Below are positions 1 through 12,750 of a stretch of 64,000 nt of DNA, one piece after another. Source of the DNA: Octopus sinensis (Eukaryota); the NCBI RefSeq assembly GCF_006345805.1, contig NC_043023.1:17732001-17796000 (forward strand), in the 5' to 3' direction. The notes below the pieces were generated by a model. The model ran no database searches, was not told the origin of the DNA, and saw only the letters and a program-made list of their open reading frames with translations. A program made the position numbers and the translations under genes. Position 1 is the stretch's first letter; every line of letters begins with the position of its first letter.

Positions 1-625
1 TAATGGTCACAGGCTTCTGATCACTGTAGTTGACGTAGTGAAATTGTGCACGCACAAATACATCTTTAACTATACATCTAAGAAATAGCCTGTCCATATA
101 AGATCTAGAAGACCCATCGCTATTCATCCATGTCCACAGTGGAGCGTCTGGGTGTTCTAGTATATACAGATTTAACCAGCAAAAAACGCTTAAGCAGATC
201 GAAGAGATACGTGTTTCTCCTCCTATCCTATTCGAGCAAACGCAATCCACTAAGGAGTGTGACGTTCCTAGAAAATTCTCTAGCCTAGAAAATTGTCTAA
301 CTGTCCGGCCGTCGGAGTTCATAAACAGCCCCCAGCCTGAAAGACTTATCAATGATGAGGGTTACATCAAAGACGACCAGGCTACTCCCACCCCCGGATC
401 AATAAAGATTACTCTTGTCGCTGAATCGAATTTTAGACCACCTATCCTCACATTTCTCGTAGCAATTTAGGAGAGGAGAAATGCTTGTCAGTCCACTCAG
501 CCAGGTTTCTCTAACTACTACAACATCCAAATTAAGCGACACGAGGTCATTGAGGAAAAGCCCTTATTTCCAATTCGATGATAGAATGCAAATATTGAAA
601 GACTCAACGTTGAGAGTAAACATGA
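1..625 (-). mobile_element. Degenerate L1/Tx1-type LINE endonuclease (APE) fragment
   Basis: Minus-strand segments translate to DVTLIIDKSFRLGAVY, ENFLGTSHSLV and WTWMNSDGSSRSYMDRLF...FHYVNYSDQK (SDH motif degenerate). Confidence 0.75.
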
Positions 626-751
626 AAAAAATAATTTGGTCAACCTTAGGTTGGAGATGGGCGTTCACTCCTCCCCTTCCATTTATTTCGGAGCTTGTGA
701 AGTCTCTGGGTGTGTGTTTGTGTGTGTGTGAGTGTGTGTGTGTGTGTGGTG

Positions 752-786
<35 letters not shown>

Positions 787-1620
787 ACACGTTCATGTGT
801 GTTCTTATCCTACGATTGCAGCCTGACACGGTGTTGCTTTGTTTATGTCTCTATAAAGCAACGTTGAGCGATCCAGGACGAAAGAAAAAGGAAAAATTAG
901 AAATTAATAAATAAACATGTCCAGTTAATCCGTCAGAAACTCTTGAAGGCGGTGCTCCAGCATGGCCACTATCCAATGAATGAAAAAAATCGAAGGGACT
1001 GAGCAAACTGCTAAAACCTTTGATTTAAGGATGTTCTATAGAGCTTATTACTGAATAACTCCAACCTCCCATGCTTCACTCTCTCCTTCCCTCTCCCTCT
1101 CTCACAAACACACACACCCACACCCACCCACACACACACATACACACACACACACACACATACAAACCCATACACAAATAGACACAGGGAAAGAAGCACA
1201 GGCACACAGAATAAAAGCACACGCGCAGAAATATACGCTAACGTTAATACGCATATTTTACGTCAAGGGAGGCTACTCTCTATTATATGACCTGTAATTG
1301 TGAATTATCTCCCTTAACACTATTTTATAATTCTTTTTAGATGCGCTGAATATAACCTACATTTTACGGACTATCGATTGTATTTCTTAAACATTTGAAG
1401 GCTGTCATGCTGGAGCACTGCATTGAAGTGTTTAGTCAACCACACAGCGTGTTGTGCTTCTCTTCATTCAGATTGCTGCTTATTTGTTTGTTCTGTCTTC
1501 ATATAACAGCTACGTTACATGGATGTAAACAAAAACAGTTGATGTCAAGTGGTGAATATTGGACAAACAGAAGCATATATGGCTATATATGTATAAGTGT
1601 GTGTGTGTGTATATATATAT

Positions 1621-1927
1621 GACGTGATCACGTGACCGACAAGGCTATCAGATGTTGCTTCACATCGCTGGTCACAATGCACTTCGCATTGTTTTAGCCT
1701 TCAAATGACGCCACCCCGATGGCTAAGCAAGCAGGCCAACAGACGAAAGAGTGGGAGAAAGTTGTGGCGAAAGAGTACAGCAGGGATCCCCACCAGCCCC
1801 TGTCGGAGCCTAGTGGAGCTATAGGTGATTTCGAACACCATACACTCACAACGCTCGGTCTGGGAATCGAAAACGCGATACTACGACCGCGTGTCCGCTG
1901 CCCGAACCACTCGGCCATTGCGCCTCC
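1621..1927 (-). mobile_element. tRNA-derived SINE (3' part also at ~25300-25425)
   Basis: Head ggaggcgcaaTGGCCGAGTGGttcgg...TTCGATTCC (Pol III A and B boxes), with a non-tRNA body. Confidence 0.85.
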
Positions 1928-1952
1928 ATTTATATATGTATATTTATTCATT

Positions 1953-2022
<70 letters not shown>

Positions 2023-2366
2023 GACATGGAGGAGATTTATCCCACCCCTCCTACTTTTTCGTGAAATACGTAGTAAAATTTGGAGATAATGATTCTAAAT
2101 AAAGTCATTGTTTGTAAAATGCCATTTATTGAAAATAAAATAAATAAATCTCGCCTCCCGATTCTACGGTTTTTAACCAGACTATCTACATGCTAGAAAT
2201 AGAAGCCATTCCTCGCGCAAATTTCTTTTGGCTCATAATTACAGTCTCTGTATCGAATGCTTTGCATTTTACCCCATGGGGCCACCGAGTCACTTCGTTA
2301 CTATCATCTATCTCTTGTAGTTCCTACTCTTCGTTTTCTCTTCCTCTCTGCTTCCGCAATGTGAAA

Positions 2367-2822
2367 GTACATGGCTCAGTGGTGAGATCGTCAGGCTCAC
2401 AATCACGAGATAGTGAGATCGATTCATGGAACGGGCTGTTTGTTGAAGTTCTTGAGCAAGACACTTTATTTCACGTTACTCCAGTTCATTCAGCTGTTGA
2501 AATGATTTGTGACATCCCTGGGCCGAAGCTGTATCAGTCTTCGAATTGCCCTTGGATAACTTTGTTGGCATGGAGAGGGTATGCTGTTATGCATGGGTGT
2601 CTGCCGGTCATCCATAAACAAACTTGCCCGGATACGTACCTTGGTGGGGAACTTTCTAGGTGGAATCCCCTGGTCATTCATTACCAAAGAGGATCTACAA
2701 AAACATGCACTACCGTACCTCCTTCTCCTAAATCTTTCACTTTTCCACTAGCATGAAACTGACCCCACCCCTCCAACAGGATGGCAAGTTTGGAGTCAGT
2801 GACACTATGCAGTGGCGCCCAA
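2367..2822 (+). mobile_element. tRNA-derived SINE with CORE/V-like central segment (minus copies at ~12775-13265, ~18990-19510, ~27500-27965)
   Basis: atggctcagtggt A-box, and cttgagcaagacactttatttcacgtt...cagctg. Confidence 0.75.
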
Positions 2823-3452
2823 TTATGTTACTTCTGTAACTCTGGATACTAAAGTTTTTGACAAGTCCTTCCAGGATCATTCAAGATGTATATTATGGCA
2901 TTTCTTTCTCACCTACACTCTAAGGAATAGCGTCTTAATCTCTTGAGTCTTTTCCAATAGCTTATATACTGCATAGAGGCTACCTTTTTCGTGTAGCTTC
3001 GTTGTATTGTCTCACGTTCTGCGATTAATTTGACACTGGTTGGTGACCATAGCCGAGAGCAATTGTCAAAGTGGCTTAGGACAAGTGTCCTCTAGAAGAC
3101 CATCATGGTTTCCTGGTCTCTTGTTCTAAACGTTCTAAGAATGCATCCAGTCAGCCGCCTACATTTCATTGCCAATTTATCAACATGCACATGAAAGGTT
3201 GCATCATTACTCATGTAAATGCCCAGGTCTCGCACTGATTGTGCCTCTGGGATTGCAATCCCTCCAGGTCTAATGTATTTACTGGGTATTGCATTCAGTT
3301 TTGCATGCTGATAGCATAAAGCTTTTAACTTTTCAGCATTGAACTGCATGCTATTCTTTTCGGCCCATTTGGTATATTTCATCCAGCTCACATTGTAGGT
3401 GCATAGCGTCTTTAGGGTTCTGTATTACATGTGAAACTTTTGTATCATCTGC
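2820..3452 (-). mobile_element. CR1/L2-like LINE RT 3' fragment
   Basis: ADDTKV...KWAEKNSMQFNAEK...VRDLGIYMSNDATF...ILRTFRTRD; broken at the YADD codons by a (TA)n tract. Confidence 0.8.
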
Positions 3453-3466
3453 ATTATATATATATA

Positions 3467-4358
3467 TAATTTCAACAATTGAGGGTAAAATTAATTAATT
3501 AATCAATTTCACCAAGTATTCAGTATGCAAAGGGACCATTTAAGGCGAATTCAAATTATTACATTATATAAAAGGGCTTAGTAAAATAAATTACTTTGCC
3601 GCATACTGAACTCATTAGAAATAGCAGCTAAAAAAACTTTTTTAAAACTATTTCCAATACTTAAAGAAAACCTCTCTCATATAGTGTTTGCTCAATTCAA
3701 CTCACGAAAGTATGGGGGTAGAGACATTAAAAAAATCAAATGCAAATACTGAATACTTGGTGAAATTGATTAATTAATTAATTTTACCCTCAATTGTTGA
3801 AATTATAATTCATCTCTCTCTACTTAATGCCTCGGATTTTACCGAAAAAAGCATAGTGTTTGCTGATTTTAACCCACGCTGGTGGAAAGGGGAGAGCAGA
3901 AATTCTTCGCTTGCATATTTGAGTTTGCTGGCACTGTTAGTTTCGAGCAGATCTTCAGAAGCGATAACAAGCCGAAAGGGTATGCTCCCACTTTCAGTGT
4001 TTTCAAATCCAAACCAGGGAGTTCTGAGCTGATGATAGAAATGTCGATTTTGACTAATCTTGAAACGTACGTTCTCAAATAACCTTTGCATTTGATTTTT
4101 TTAATGTCTCTACCCCCATACTTTCGTGAGTTGAATTGAGCAAGCACTATATGAGAGAGGTTTTCTTTAAGTATTGGAAATAGTTTTAAAAAAGTTTTTT
4201 TAGCTGCTATTTCTAATGAGTTCAGTATGCGGCAAAGTAATTTATTTTACTAAGCCCTTTTATATAATGTAATAATTTGAATTCGCCTTAAATGGTCCCT
4301 TTGCATACTGAATACTTGGTGAAATTGATTAATTAATTAATTTTACCCTCAATTGTTG

Positions 4359-4364
<6 letters not shown>
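3467..4364 (+). mobile_element. Non-coding fold-back element with hammerhead motif (Penelope-derived / retrozyme-like)
   Basis: 280-bp inverted arms at 3467-3746 and 4085-4364 (one mismatch seen). A 60-bp direct copy of the 3' end sits at 3747-3807 and a unique core at 3810-4084. (TA)n on both sides. Confidence 0.75.
4025..4077 (+). ncRNA. Type I hammerhead ribozyme motif
   Basis: tgag-CTGATGA-t-aga...tct-t-GAAA-cgtacg-TT-ctca: stem I tgag/ctca, palindromic stem III cgtacg, GUU triplet. Confidence 0.75.
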
Positions 4365-4394
<30 letters not shown>

Positions 4395-4620
4395 CAATTA
4401 GTCAATTTAGGGTAGCAAAAAAATTCAATAGAAATTTATCGCTACCAGCGGCCTGGTGGAAAAGAGAAAATAGTCATCGACTAAATATATAAATATAACA
4501 ATTTAGGAGTGACCCTAACAGGTCACTCGTCCACCAGAAAGAGCAGCCATAACTCACACCGCCAAGTAGTAGTAATTCAGAAATTAGGTGAAAATTTAAA
4601 AACATTTACCCTAATTCATC

Positions 4621-4708
4621 GACGTTGCAACGTTTCTGTGTCATTAATGATTAAATTAGCTTAATTAAATTAAATTAAGCTAATCTACCATAGGTTACAC
4701 TTCATCAG
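4621..4708 (-). ncRNA. Hammerhead-like motif, tandem unit 1
   Basis: Reverse complement of CTGATGA-a-gtgt...acac-a-GAAA-cgttgcaacg-TC. Stem I pairing is poor. Confidence 0.6.
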
Positions 4709-5089
4709 TAAAAAACCTGGGAGAGACAAATATACACGAGGCGTCTGTATCGATGCCTACGGAATATCTGTCTTAAAATTTTCAAGACTGACGTATTCGC
4801 GCCAAACTTATCAGCAGTAAATATAAACTGCCGATTCAATCTCAGAATTATTCAGAAAATTATCAATTAGTCAATTTAGGGTAGCAAAAAAATTCAATAG
4901 AAATTTATCGCTACCAGCGGCCTGGTGGAAAAGAGAAAATAGTCATCGACTAAATATATAAATATAACAATTTAGGAGTGACCCTAACAGGTCACTCGTC
5001 CACCAGAAAGAGCAGCCATAACTCACACCGCCAAGTAGTAGTAATTCAGAAATTAGGTGAAAATTTAAAAACATTTACCCTAATTCATC

Positions 5090-5177
5090 GACGTTGCAAC
5101 GTTTCTGTGTCATTAATGATTAAATTAGCTTAATTAAATTAAATTAAGCTAATCTACCATAGGTTACACTTCATCAG
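5090..5177 (-). ncRNA. Hammerhead-like motif, tandem unit 2
   Basis: Same as 4621-4708, exactly 469 nt away. Confidence 0.6.
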
Positions 5178-5695
5178 TAAAAAACCTGGGAGAGACAAAT
5201 ATACACGAGGCGTCTGTATCGATGCCTACGGAATATCTGTCTTAAAATTTTCAAGACTGACGTATTCGCGCCAAACTTATCAGCAGTAAATATAAACTGC
5301 CGATTCAATCTCAGAATTATTCAGAAAATTATCAATTAGTCAATTTAGGGTAGCAAAAAAATTCAATAGAAATTTATCGCTACCAGCGGCCTGGTGGAAA
5401 AGAGAAAATAGTCATCGACTAAATATATAAATATAACAATATTTATATATTTAGTCGATGACTATTTTCTCTTTTCCACCAGGCCGCTGGTAGCGATAAA
5501 TTTCTATTGAATTTTTTTGCTACCCTAAATTGACTAATTGATAATTTTCTGAATAATTCTGAGATTGAATCGGCAGTTTATATTTACTGCTGATAAGTTT
5601 GGCGCGAATACGTCAGTCTTGAAAATTTTAAGACAGATATTCCGTAGGCATCGATACAGACGCCTCGTGTATATTTGTCTCTCCCAGGTTTTTTA

Positions 5696-5783
5696 CTGAT
5701 GAAGTGTAACCTATGGTAGATTAGCTTAATTTAATTTAATTAAGCTAATTTAATCATTAATGACACAGAAACGTTGCAACGTC
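5696..5783 (+). ncRNA. Hammerhead-like motif in the inverted copy
   Basis: CTGATGA 5696-5702; stem II gtgt/acac enclosing a 12-bp hairpin (5720-5749); GAAA 5768-5771; palindrome cgttgcaacg 5772-5781; GUC triplet ending at 5783. Confidence 0.6.
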
Positions 5784-5905
5784 GATGAATTAGGGTAAAT
5801 GTTTTTAAATTTTCACCTAATTTCTGAATTACTACGACTTGGCGGTGTGAGTTATGGCTGCTCTTTCTGGTGGACGAGTGACCTGTTAGGGTCACTCCTA
5901 AATTG

Positions 5906-5962
<57 letters not shown>

Positions 5963-6962
5963 CATGTGTGTGAAGCAAAATTGAAGGGTATAATTGTGTA
6001 GGAATATCCCATAGGCGTTAGATACAGAGTACATACGTATGTTCCAATAACAGTTTGTGTACGATTTGCTGCTTTTTCTAGCATGTGGATATCCTGTTTG
6101 AAGCCCATAGAATCGGGAGGGGAGAGGGTTGATGCAGATTTTTTTATTTTATATTCGAGAATTTCCAGAATCATGATCTCGTTTTTTTTATCACCTTTTT
6201 TGCTCCAAAAAACTTTGGAAAGCGAAAAATGAAGACAGGAGGGTGCAATTGAAATTTGGAATCGGTATCTCCATAAACGAAAACATGGCTCTCCGTAAAA
6301 AATACAAAATCGTGTTAGGGGTGGGTTACGTCTCCACAATGTGTACCTCACCTTACCACCAAGGTGAACAGGAGAAAGAAATATCTCGTAGCAGTTTAGG
6401 AGGGGAGAAATGCTTCAAATTGCACCCAGCCAGGTTTCTCTCACTACTACCACATCCAAATTTTTAGACCTGAGGTCATTGAGGAAGATCCGTTGATTCC
6501 AATTCGTCCCCTGGCGGCAAACATTTAAGTACATTACGTTGAGTGTAAACATGAAGAAAAAAATTGGTCTACCTTAGGTTAGAGATGGGCGTTAACCACT
6601 CACGTTTCATTTATTTGGGAGCTAATGAAGTCTTCATGTGTGTGTGTATGTGCGTGCGTGTGTGTGTGTGTGAGTCTTCATGTTTAGGTGTGTCCTTATC
6701 CTACGATCGCAGCCTGACACGGTGTTGCTTTGTTTATGTCTCTATAAAGCAACATTCATTGATAGAGGACGGAAGAATAAGGACAGATTACAAAAAAAGT
6801 AATTAAAAAGGTCCAGTGAACCCGACGGAAACGCTTCAAGGACGTGCCCAAGCATTGCCCAAGCATTGCCAAGTCTGTACGTGTGTGTGTGTGTGTGCGT
6901 GTGCGTATGTGTGTGTATGTGTGTGTGTATGTGTGTGTGTGTGTGTGCGTGTGCGTATGTGT

Positions 6963-7002
<40 letters not shown>

Positions 7003-7799
7003 GCGTAGGTGTGTGTATGTGTGTGTGTGCGTAGGTGTATGTGTTCATGGTTATGTTTCTCCTTATCCTATGATCGCAGCCTGACACGGTGTTGCTTTGT
7101 TTGTGTCTCTATGAAGCAACGTTGAGCGATACAAGACGGAAGAATAAGGAGAAATTACAAATAAATAAATAAATAGGTCCAGTTAACCCGTCAGAAACTC
7201 TTGAAGGCGGTGCCCCAGCATGGCCACAATCCAATGAATGAAGGAAATCCAGAGTAAAGAGCAAACTGTTACAAGATTCGATGTAAGGATGTTCTATAGA
7301 GCTTATTACTGCATTACTCCAACCTCCCATGCCTTCCTCTCTCCCTCCCTCTCCCTCTCTCGCAAACACCCCCCTCCACACACACACACATACACACACA
7401 CATACACACACAGAAACCCGCATATACAAACAGATTCAAGGATAGAAGCGTTTGAACACACCGAACAAAAAAGCACACACGCAAAAAAATATACACTAAC
7501 TTAAACAGGGATATTTTACGTCAATAATGACTTATATTTGAGAGTTACCTCCCTTAACACTATTTTATAATTAATTTTATCTGCCTTAAATATAAATTAA
7601 TTTTGACGGCCTATCGTTTGCATTACTTAAACATTGGAAGGTTTTGTGTGTGTGTGTGTGTGTATGAGTGTGTGTGTATATATGTCTGTGTGTATGTGTG
7701 TATGTGTGTGTGTGTGTGTGTGTGTGCGTGTGTGTGTGTGTTTGCGTGTGTGTTTGTTCATGTTTATGTGTGTCCTTCTCCTACGATTGCAGCCTGACA

Positions 7800-8290
7800 T
7801 GGTGTTGCTTTGTTTATGTCTCTATAAGGCAAATTTTAGTAATGAACTGCATGCTATTATTTTCAGCCCCCTTGTATATTTTGTCCAGCTCACATTGCAG
7901 GTGCATAGTGTCTTCAGGGTTCTGTATTACCTGTGAAACTTTTGTATCATCTGCATAACTTGTGATCGTGGCGTTCTGAGGGCATTCTGAGAGGGCCATT
8001 ATGAGCAGAAGTGGTCCCAAAACAGAGCCTTGCGGGACACCGGTCCCTATTTGCGTATCATTGGAGGTGGCCCCATTGGCTACTACCACCTGACTTCTAT
8101 ACTTCTGATAGTCATGAAGCCATTCTCACAATTTTCCAACTATGCCAAGATCACGCAGTTTGTGACGCATCGTTCCATGATAAAACTTTATCAACCTTTA
8201 TCGGCCTTTGCAAAGTCAAGATATAACACTTCCACATTTGAGTGGCTGAGCAGCTGTTTCAGCAACCAGTCACAGTATATTGTAAGAATG
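7800..8290 (-). mobile_element. CR1/L2-like LINE RT fragment
   Basis: GVPQGSVLGPLLLIM...YADDTKV. Confidence 0.85.
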
Positions 8291-8469
8291 TATATATATA
8301 TATATATACACATATAGTGGGTGTGTGTTTATTAGCTTACTAATGAACCACATTGTTCCAGTTTCAGTCCCACTGCTTTGCAAATTGCGCATGTGTCTTC
8401 TACTACAGCCTCGGGCCGACCAAAGTCTTGTCAGTGGATTTGGAAGACGGAGTCTGAAAGAAGCTTATC

Positions 8470-8516
<47 letters not shown>

Positions 8517-8922
8517 TATATATATCAAACATTCTATTTCTCTTCTCTCTCTCGGAAACCTGGAGTAATGCAGTAATAAGCTCTAAATTACATCCTTACA
8601 TCGAATGTTTTAGTAATTTGCTCTTTTCCTTGGATTTCTTTCATTCATTGGACTGTGGAGTTAGCTTTACCTGTTTATTTATGTATTTGTAATCTGTCCT
8701 TATTCTTCCGTCCTGTCTCGCTGAACGTTGCTTTATAGAGACATAAACAAAGCAACACCGTGCTAGGCTGCGATCCTAGGATAAGGACACTCATAAAAAA
8801 TGAACACATACACACACGCACACACATACACCCACACATAGAGACTTCACTAGCTCCTAAATAAATGAAACGTGAGTGGTTAACGCCCATCTCTAACCTA
8901 AGGTAGACCAAATATTTTCTTC

Positions 8923-9060
8923 ATGTTTACACTCAACGTAAGGTCTTTAAATGTTTGCAGCCAGGCAACGAATTGGAATCAACGGATCTTCCTCAATGAC
9001 CTCAGGTCGCAAAATTTGGATGTGGTAGTAGTGAGAGAAACCTGGCTGAGTGCAATTTCA
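8923..9060 (+). mobile_element. L1/Tx1-type APE N-terminal fragment (also at ~6420-6560 minus and ~14610-14740 plus)
   Basis: FTLNVRSL...FLNDLRSQNLDVVVVRETWL matches the APE N-terminal N-V-R...D-x(4)-ET pattern. Confidence 0.7.
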
Positions 9061-9511
9061 AGCATTTCTCCCCTCCTAAACTGCTACGAGAATTGTTTTC
9101 TCCTGGTCACCTTGGTGGTAAGGTGAGGTACACATTGTGGAGACGTAACCCACCCTAACACGCTTTTGTATTTTTTACGGAGAACCATGTTTTCGGTTAT
9201 GGAGATACCGATTCAACATTCCAATTGCACCCTCCTTTCTTCATTTTTCGCTTTCCAAAATTTTTTGGGGCAAAATAGGTGATAAAAAAAAACGAGATCA
9301 TGATTCTGGAACTTTTCGAAAATAAAATAAAAAAATCTGCATCAACCCTCTCCCCTCCCGATTCTATGGGCTTCAAACAGGATATCCACATGCTAGAAAA
9401 AGCAGCAAATCGCACACAAACTACTTTTGGAACATACGTGTGTACTCTGTATCGAACGCCTATGGGATATTCCTACACAATTGTACCCTTCAATTTGCTT
9501 CACACACATGC

Positions 9512-9623
<112 letters not shown>

Positions 9624-9901
9624 TTGTTCTTTACAGTTTTGTTCTTTATCGCATTTGGACAGGCAAACCGGCCGTAGGAGATATTTTTTTGTAAGCCTTT
9701 TATTTATTTAATCACTCTCATTTTGCCGAACCGCTGAGTAACGGGGTCGTAAAAACACAAGCATCTGTAATCAAGCGATGTTGCGGGGACACACACAGAC
9801 ACACAGACATACATACACACATACACACACACACAAACACACACACAAACACACACATACCAACACAAACACACACACACACACACACAAACATACACAC
9901 G

Positions 9902-9973
<72 letters not shown>

Positions 9974-10599
9974 TACGATGGGCTTTTTTTCAGTTTCCGT
10001 TACCAAATCCACTCACAAAGTCTTGGTCGTCCTGAGGCTATAGTAGAAGACACATACCCAAGGTAACACGCAGTGGGACTGAACTAGGAACCATGTCGTT
10101 CGTTAGCAAGCTAATTAACACACACCCAATATAATATATATATATATATATATCAATAATCATTTACAAAACAATTCTAAATTGCTTATAATCATGTTCA
10201 TCATTTCCTTGATTGTCATCATCAACAAAGTAAATAACATCATCATCATTGTCATCATCATCTAACATCCATGTTCCTTTCTGGCTTGGACTGGACAGGA
10301 TCCAAGGACTGCACTCCGCTCAAATGTCTGTTTTGGTCTCCTATTTCTGGTTAGATGCCTTTCCTAACATCAACCAATTCACGGCATGGGCTCGGTGATT
10401 TTATCATACTACCCGCTATTGAGGTTGCCATCTCAATCTGCTTCAACCCCCACCCCTCCCGATTCTACGGGCTTCAAACAGGATATCCACATGCTAGAAA
10501 AAGCAGCCAAATCTCACACATGCATGTATGTATACATTAGCATCGGTTGTCAATCGATGTTGTGGGGAGAAACACAGGCACACAAACGTATACACATTA

Positions 10600-10647
10600 A
10601 TATCTATCTACCTATCTATCTATCTATCTGTCTATCTATCTATCTAC

Positions 10648-10738
<91 letters not shown>

Positions 10739-10747
10739 ACTGACTAA

Positions 10748-10787
<40 letters not shown>

Positions 10788-10857
10788 TTATTTATCTATC
10801 TATCTATTTATCTCTCTCTCTCTTTCTCTCTCTCTCTATCTCTCTCTCTCTCTCTTC

Positions 10858-10860
<3 letters not shown>
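10600..10860. repeat. (TCTA)n/(TC)n microsatellite
   Basis: Directly visible. Confidence 0.95.
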
Positions 10861-10893
<33 letters not shown>

Positions 10894-10910
10894 CTATATA
10901 TATATATATA

Positions 10911-11975
10911 CATTCTTAGAACACTCTGACTGGGTACTGAAACAGCTGCTCAACCACTCAGATGTTGAAGTGATATATCTCGACTTTGCCAAGGCCTTTG
11001 ATAAAGTCGATCATGGAACGATACGTCACAAACTGCGTGATCTTGGCATAGTTGGAAAATTGTGAGAATGGCTTCATGACTTTCTGAAGGATAGAAGTCA
11101 GGTGGTAGTAGCCAATGTAGCCGCCTCCAATGATACGCAAATAGGGACCGGTCTTCCGCAAGGCTCTGTTTTGGGAACACTTCTGCTCATAATGGCCCTC
11201 TCAGAATGCCCTCAGCCACACAGAAGGCTAAGTTATGCAGATGATACAAAAGTTTCACAGGTAATACAGAACCCTGAAGACACTATGCACCTGCATTGTG
11301 AGCTGGACAAAATATAAGTTGGCTGAAAAGAATAGCATGCTGTTTAATGCTGAAAGTTTCAAGCTTTATGCTATCAACATGCAAAACTAAATGCAATAAA
11401 TACACTGGATTTGGAGGGATTGCAATCTCAGAGACACAATCAGTGCAAGACCTGAGTATTTACATCAGTAATGATGCAACCGTTCATGTGCTTGTTGCTA
11501 AACTGGCAATTAAATGTAGGCGGCTGACCGGATGGATTCTGAGAACGTTTAGAACAAGAGACCAGGAAACCATGATGGTCCTCTAGAGTTCACTTGTTCT
11601 AAGCCACTTTGAAAATTGCTCCCAGCTATGGTCACCAACCAGTGTCAAATTAATCGCAGAACTTGAGGCAATCCAACGAAGCTACAGGAAAAAGATAGCC
11701 ACTATGCAGCATATAGCCTATTGAGAAAGATTCAAGAGATTAAGACTCTATTCCTTAGAGCGTAGGCGAGAAAGATATGCCATAATATACATGTGGAAGG
11801 TCCTGGAAGGACTTGTCCAAAGCTTTAGCATCCAGAGATACACAAGTACTAGAACTGGGCGCCACTTTATAGTCCCAAGGATTCCAAATTTGCCATCAAG
11901 ATGTAGGACAAGGTACTGTAATAGCCCGGGCTTCAGATGTGCAAATCTCTTCAATATACTCCTGGAGGTGAAGTG
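10911..11975 (+). mobile_element. CR1/L2-like LINE RT fragment
   Basis: YLDFAKAFDKVDHG, GLPQGSVLG, YADD at 11234-11245, DLSIYISND; multiple stops. Confidence 0.88.
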
Positions 11976-12409
11976 AGGTACCCATGGTAGAGACGTAACC
12001 CACCTCTACCACGTATTTGTATTTTTTAACGGAGAATAATGTTTTCGGTTATGGAGATAGCGAAAATAATCGCAAAACTCTCAATTTCAAAATTTCAATT
12101 GCGCCCTCGGTTCTTCATTTTTCACTTTTTCTTGTAACTTTTTTGACAAATTATGTGATTAAAACAACCGACATTATGATTCTGAAAAATAAATATTCAT
12201 GAAACTGAAATCCGCCCCCCCCCCACCAAATCCACATAAACCCTCTCCCCTTCCGATTCTACAGGGCTTCAAACAAGATATCTACATGCTTGAAAAAGCA
12301 GCAAAATTTCATACAAACTGTTTTGGGGCACATACGTATATAGTCTGTATCGAATGCCTATGGGGTATTGCTACACATGTGTGCCCCTCGATTTTGCTTC
12401 ACACACACT

Positions 12410-12444
<35 letters not shown>

Positions 12445-12449
<5 letters not shown>

Positions 12450-12660
12450 TTTCTCTTTACTGTTTTACTTCTTTCAGTCATTTCACTGTGACCATGCTGG
12501 AGCACCGCCTTTAGACAGGTCGATCGATCGACCCCAGGACATATTTTTTGTAAGCCTATTACTTATTCAATCGCTTTCATTTGCCGAACCGCTGGGTTAC
12601 GGGGTCGTAAACACACTAGATCTCGGTTGTCAAGCGATGGTGTGGGGACAAAGGCAGACA
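12445..12660. mobile_element. High-copy SINE-like repeat (other copies at ~9630-9800, 14905-15100, 20625-20830, 27035-27200)
   Basis: Recurrent gactgtggccatgctggagcaccgcc...gtaagcctattacttattcaatc...ttgccgaaccgct...gtaaacacaccagcatcggttgtcaagcgatg. Confidence 0.7.
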
Positions 12661-12696
12661 CACAAACATACATACACACACATACACACATACAAA

Positions 12697-12750
<54 letters not shown>

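Larger units (their letters stand above)
4394..5910. repeat. 469-bp tandem repeat (2.2 units) followed by a ~470-bp inverted copy; each unit carries a hammerhead core
   Basis: Unit starts at 4394, 4863 and 5332. Palindrome arms ~4963-5434 and 5439-5910 with a 4-nt loop (aaca); one arm mismatch seen. (TA)n on both sides. Confidence 0.95.

Noticed and set aside
1850-1927. tRNA gene
   Set aside because: It has A/B boxes but no complete cloverleaf and continues into a SINE body; this is a SINE head.
4394-5434. CRISPR-like array
   Set aside because: Whole 469-bp units repeat with no unique spacers, the context is eukaryotic, and there are no cas genes. The same applies to the 67-bp repeat at 26665-26876.
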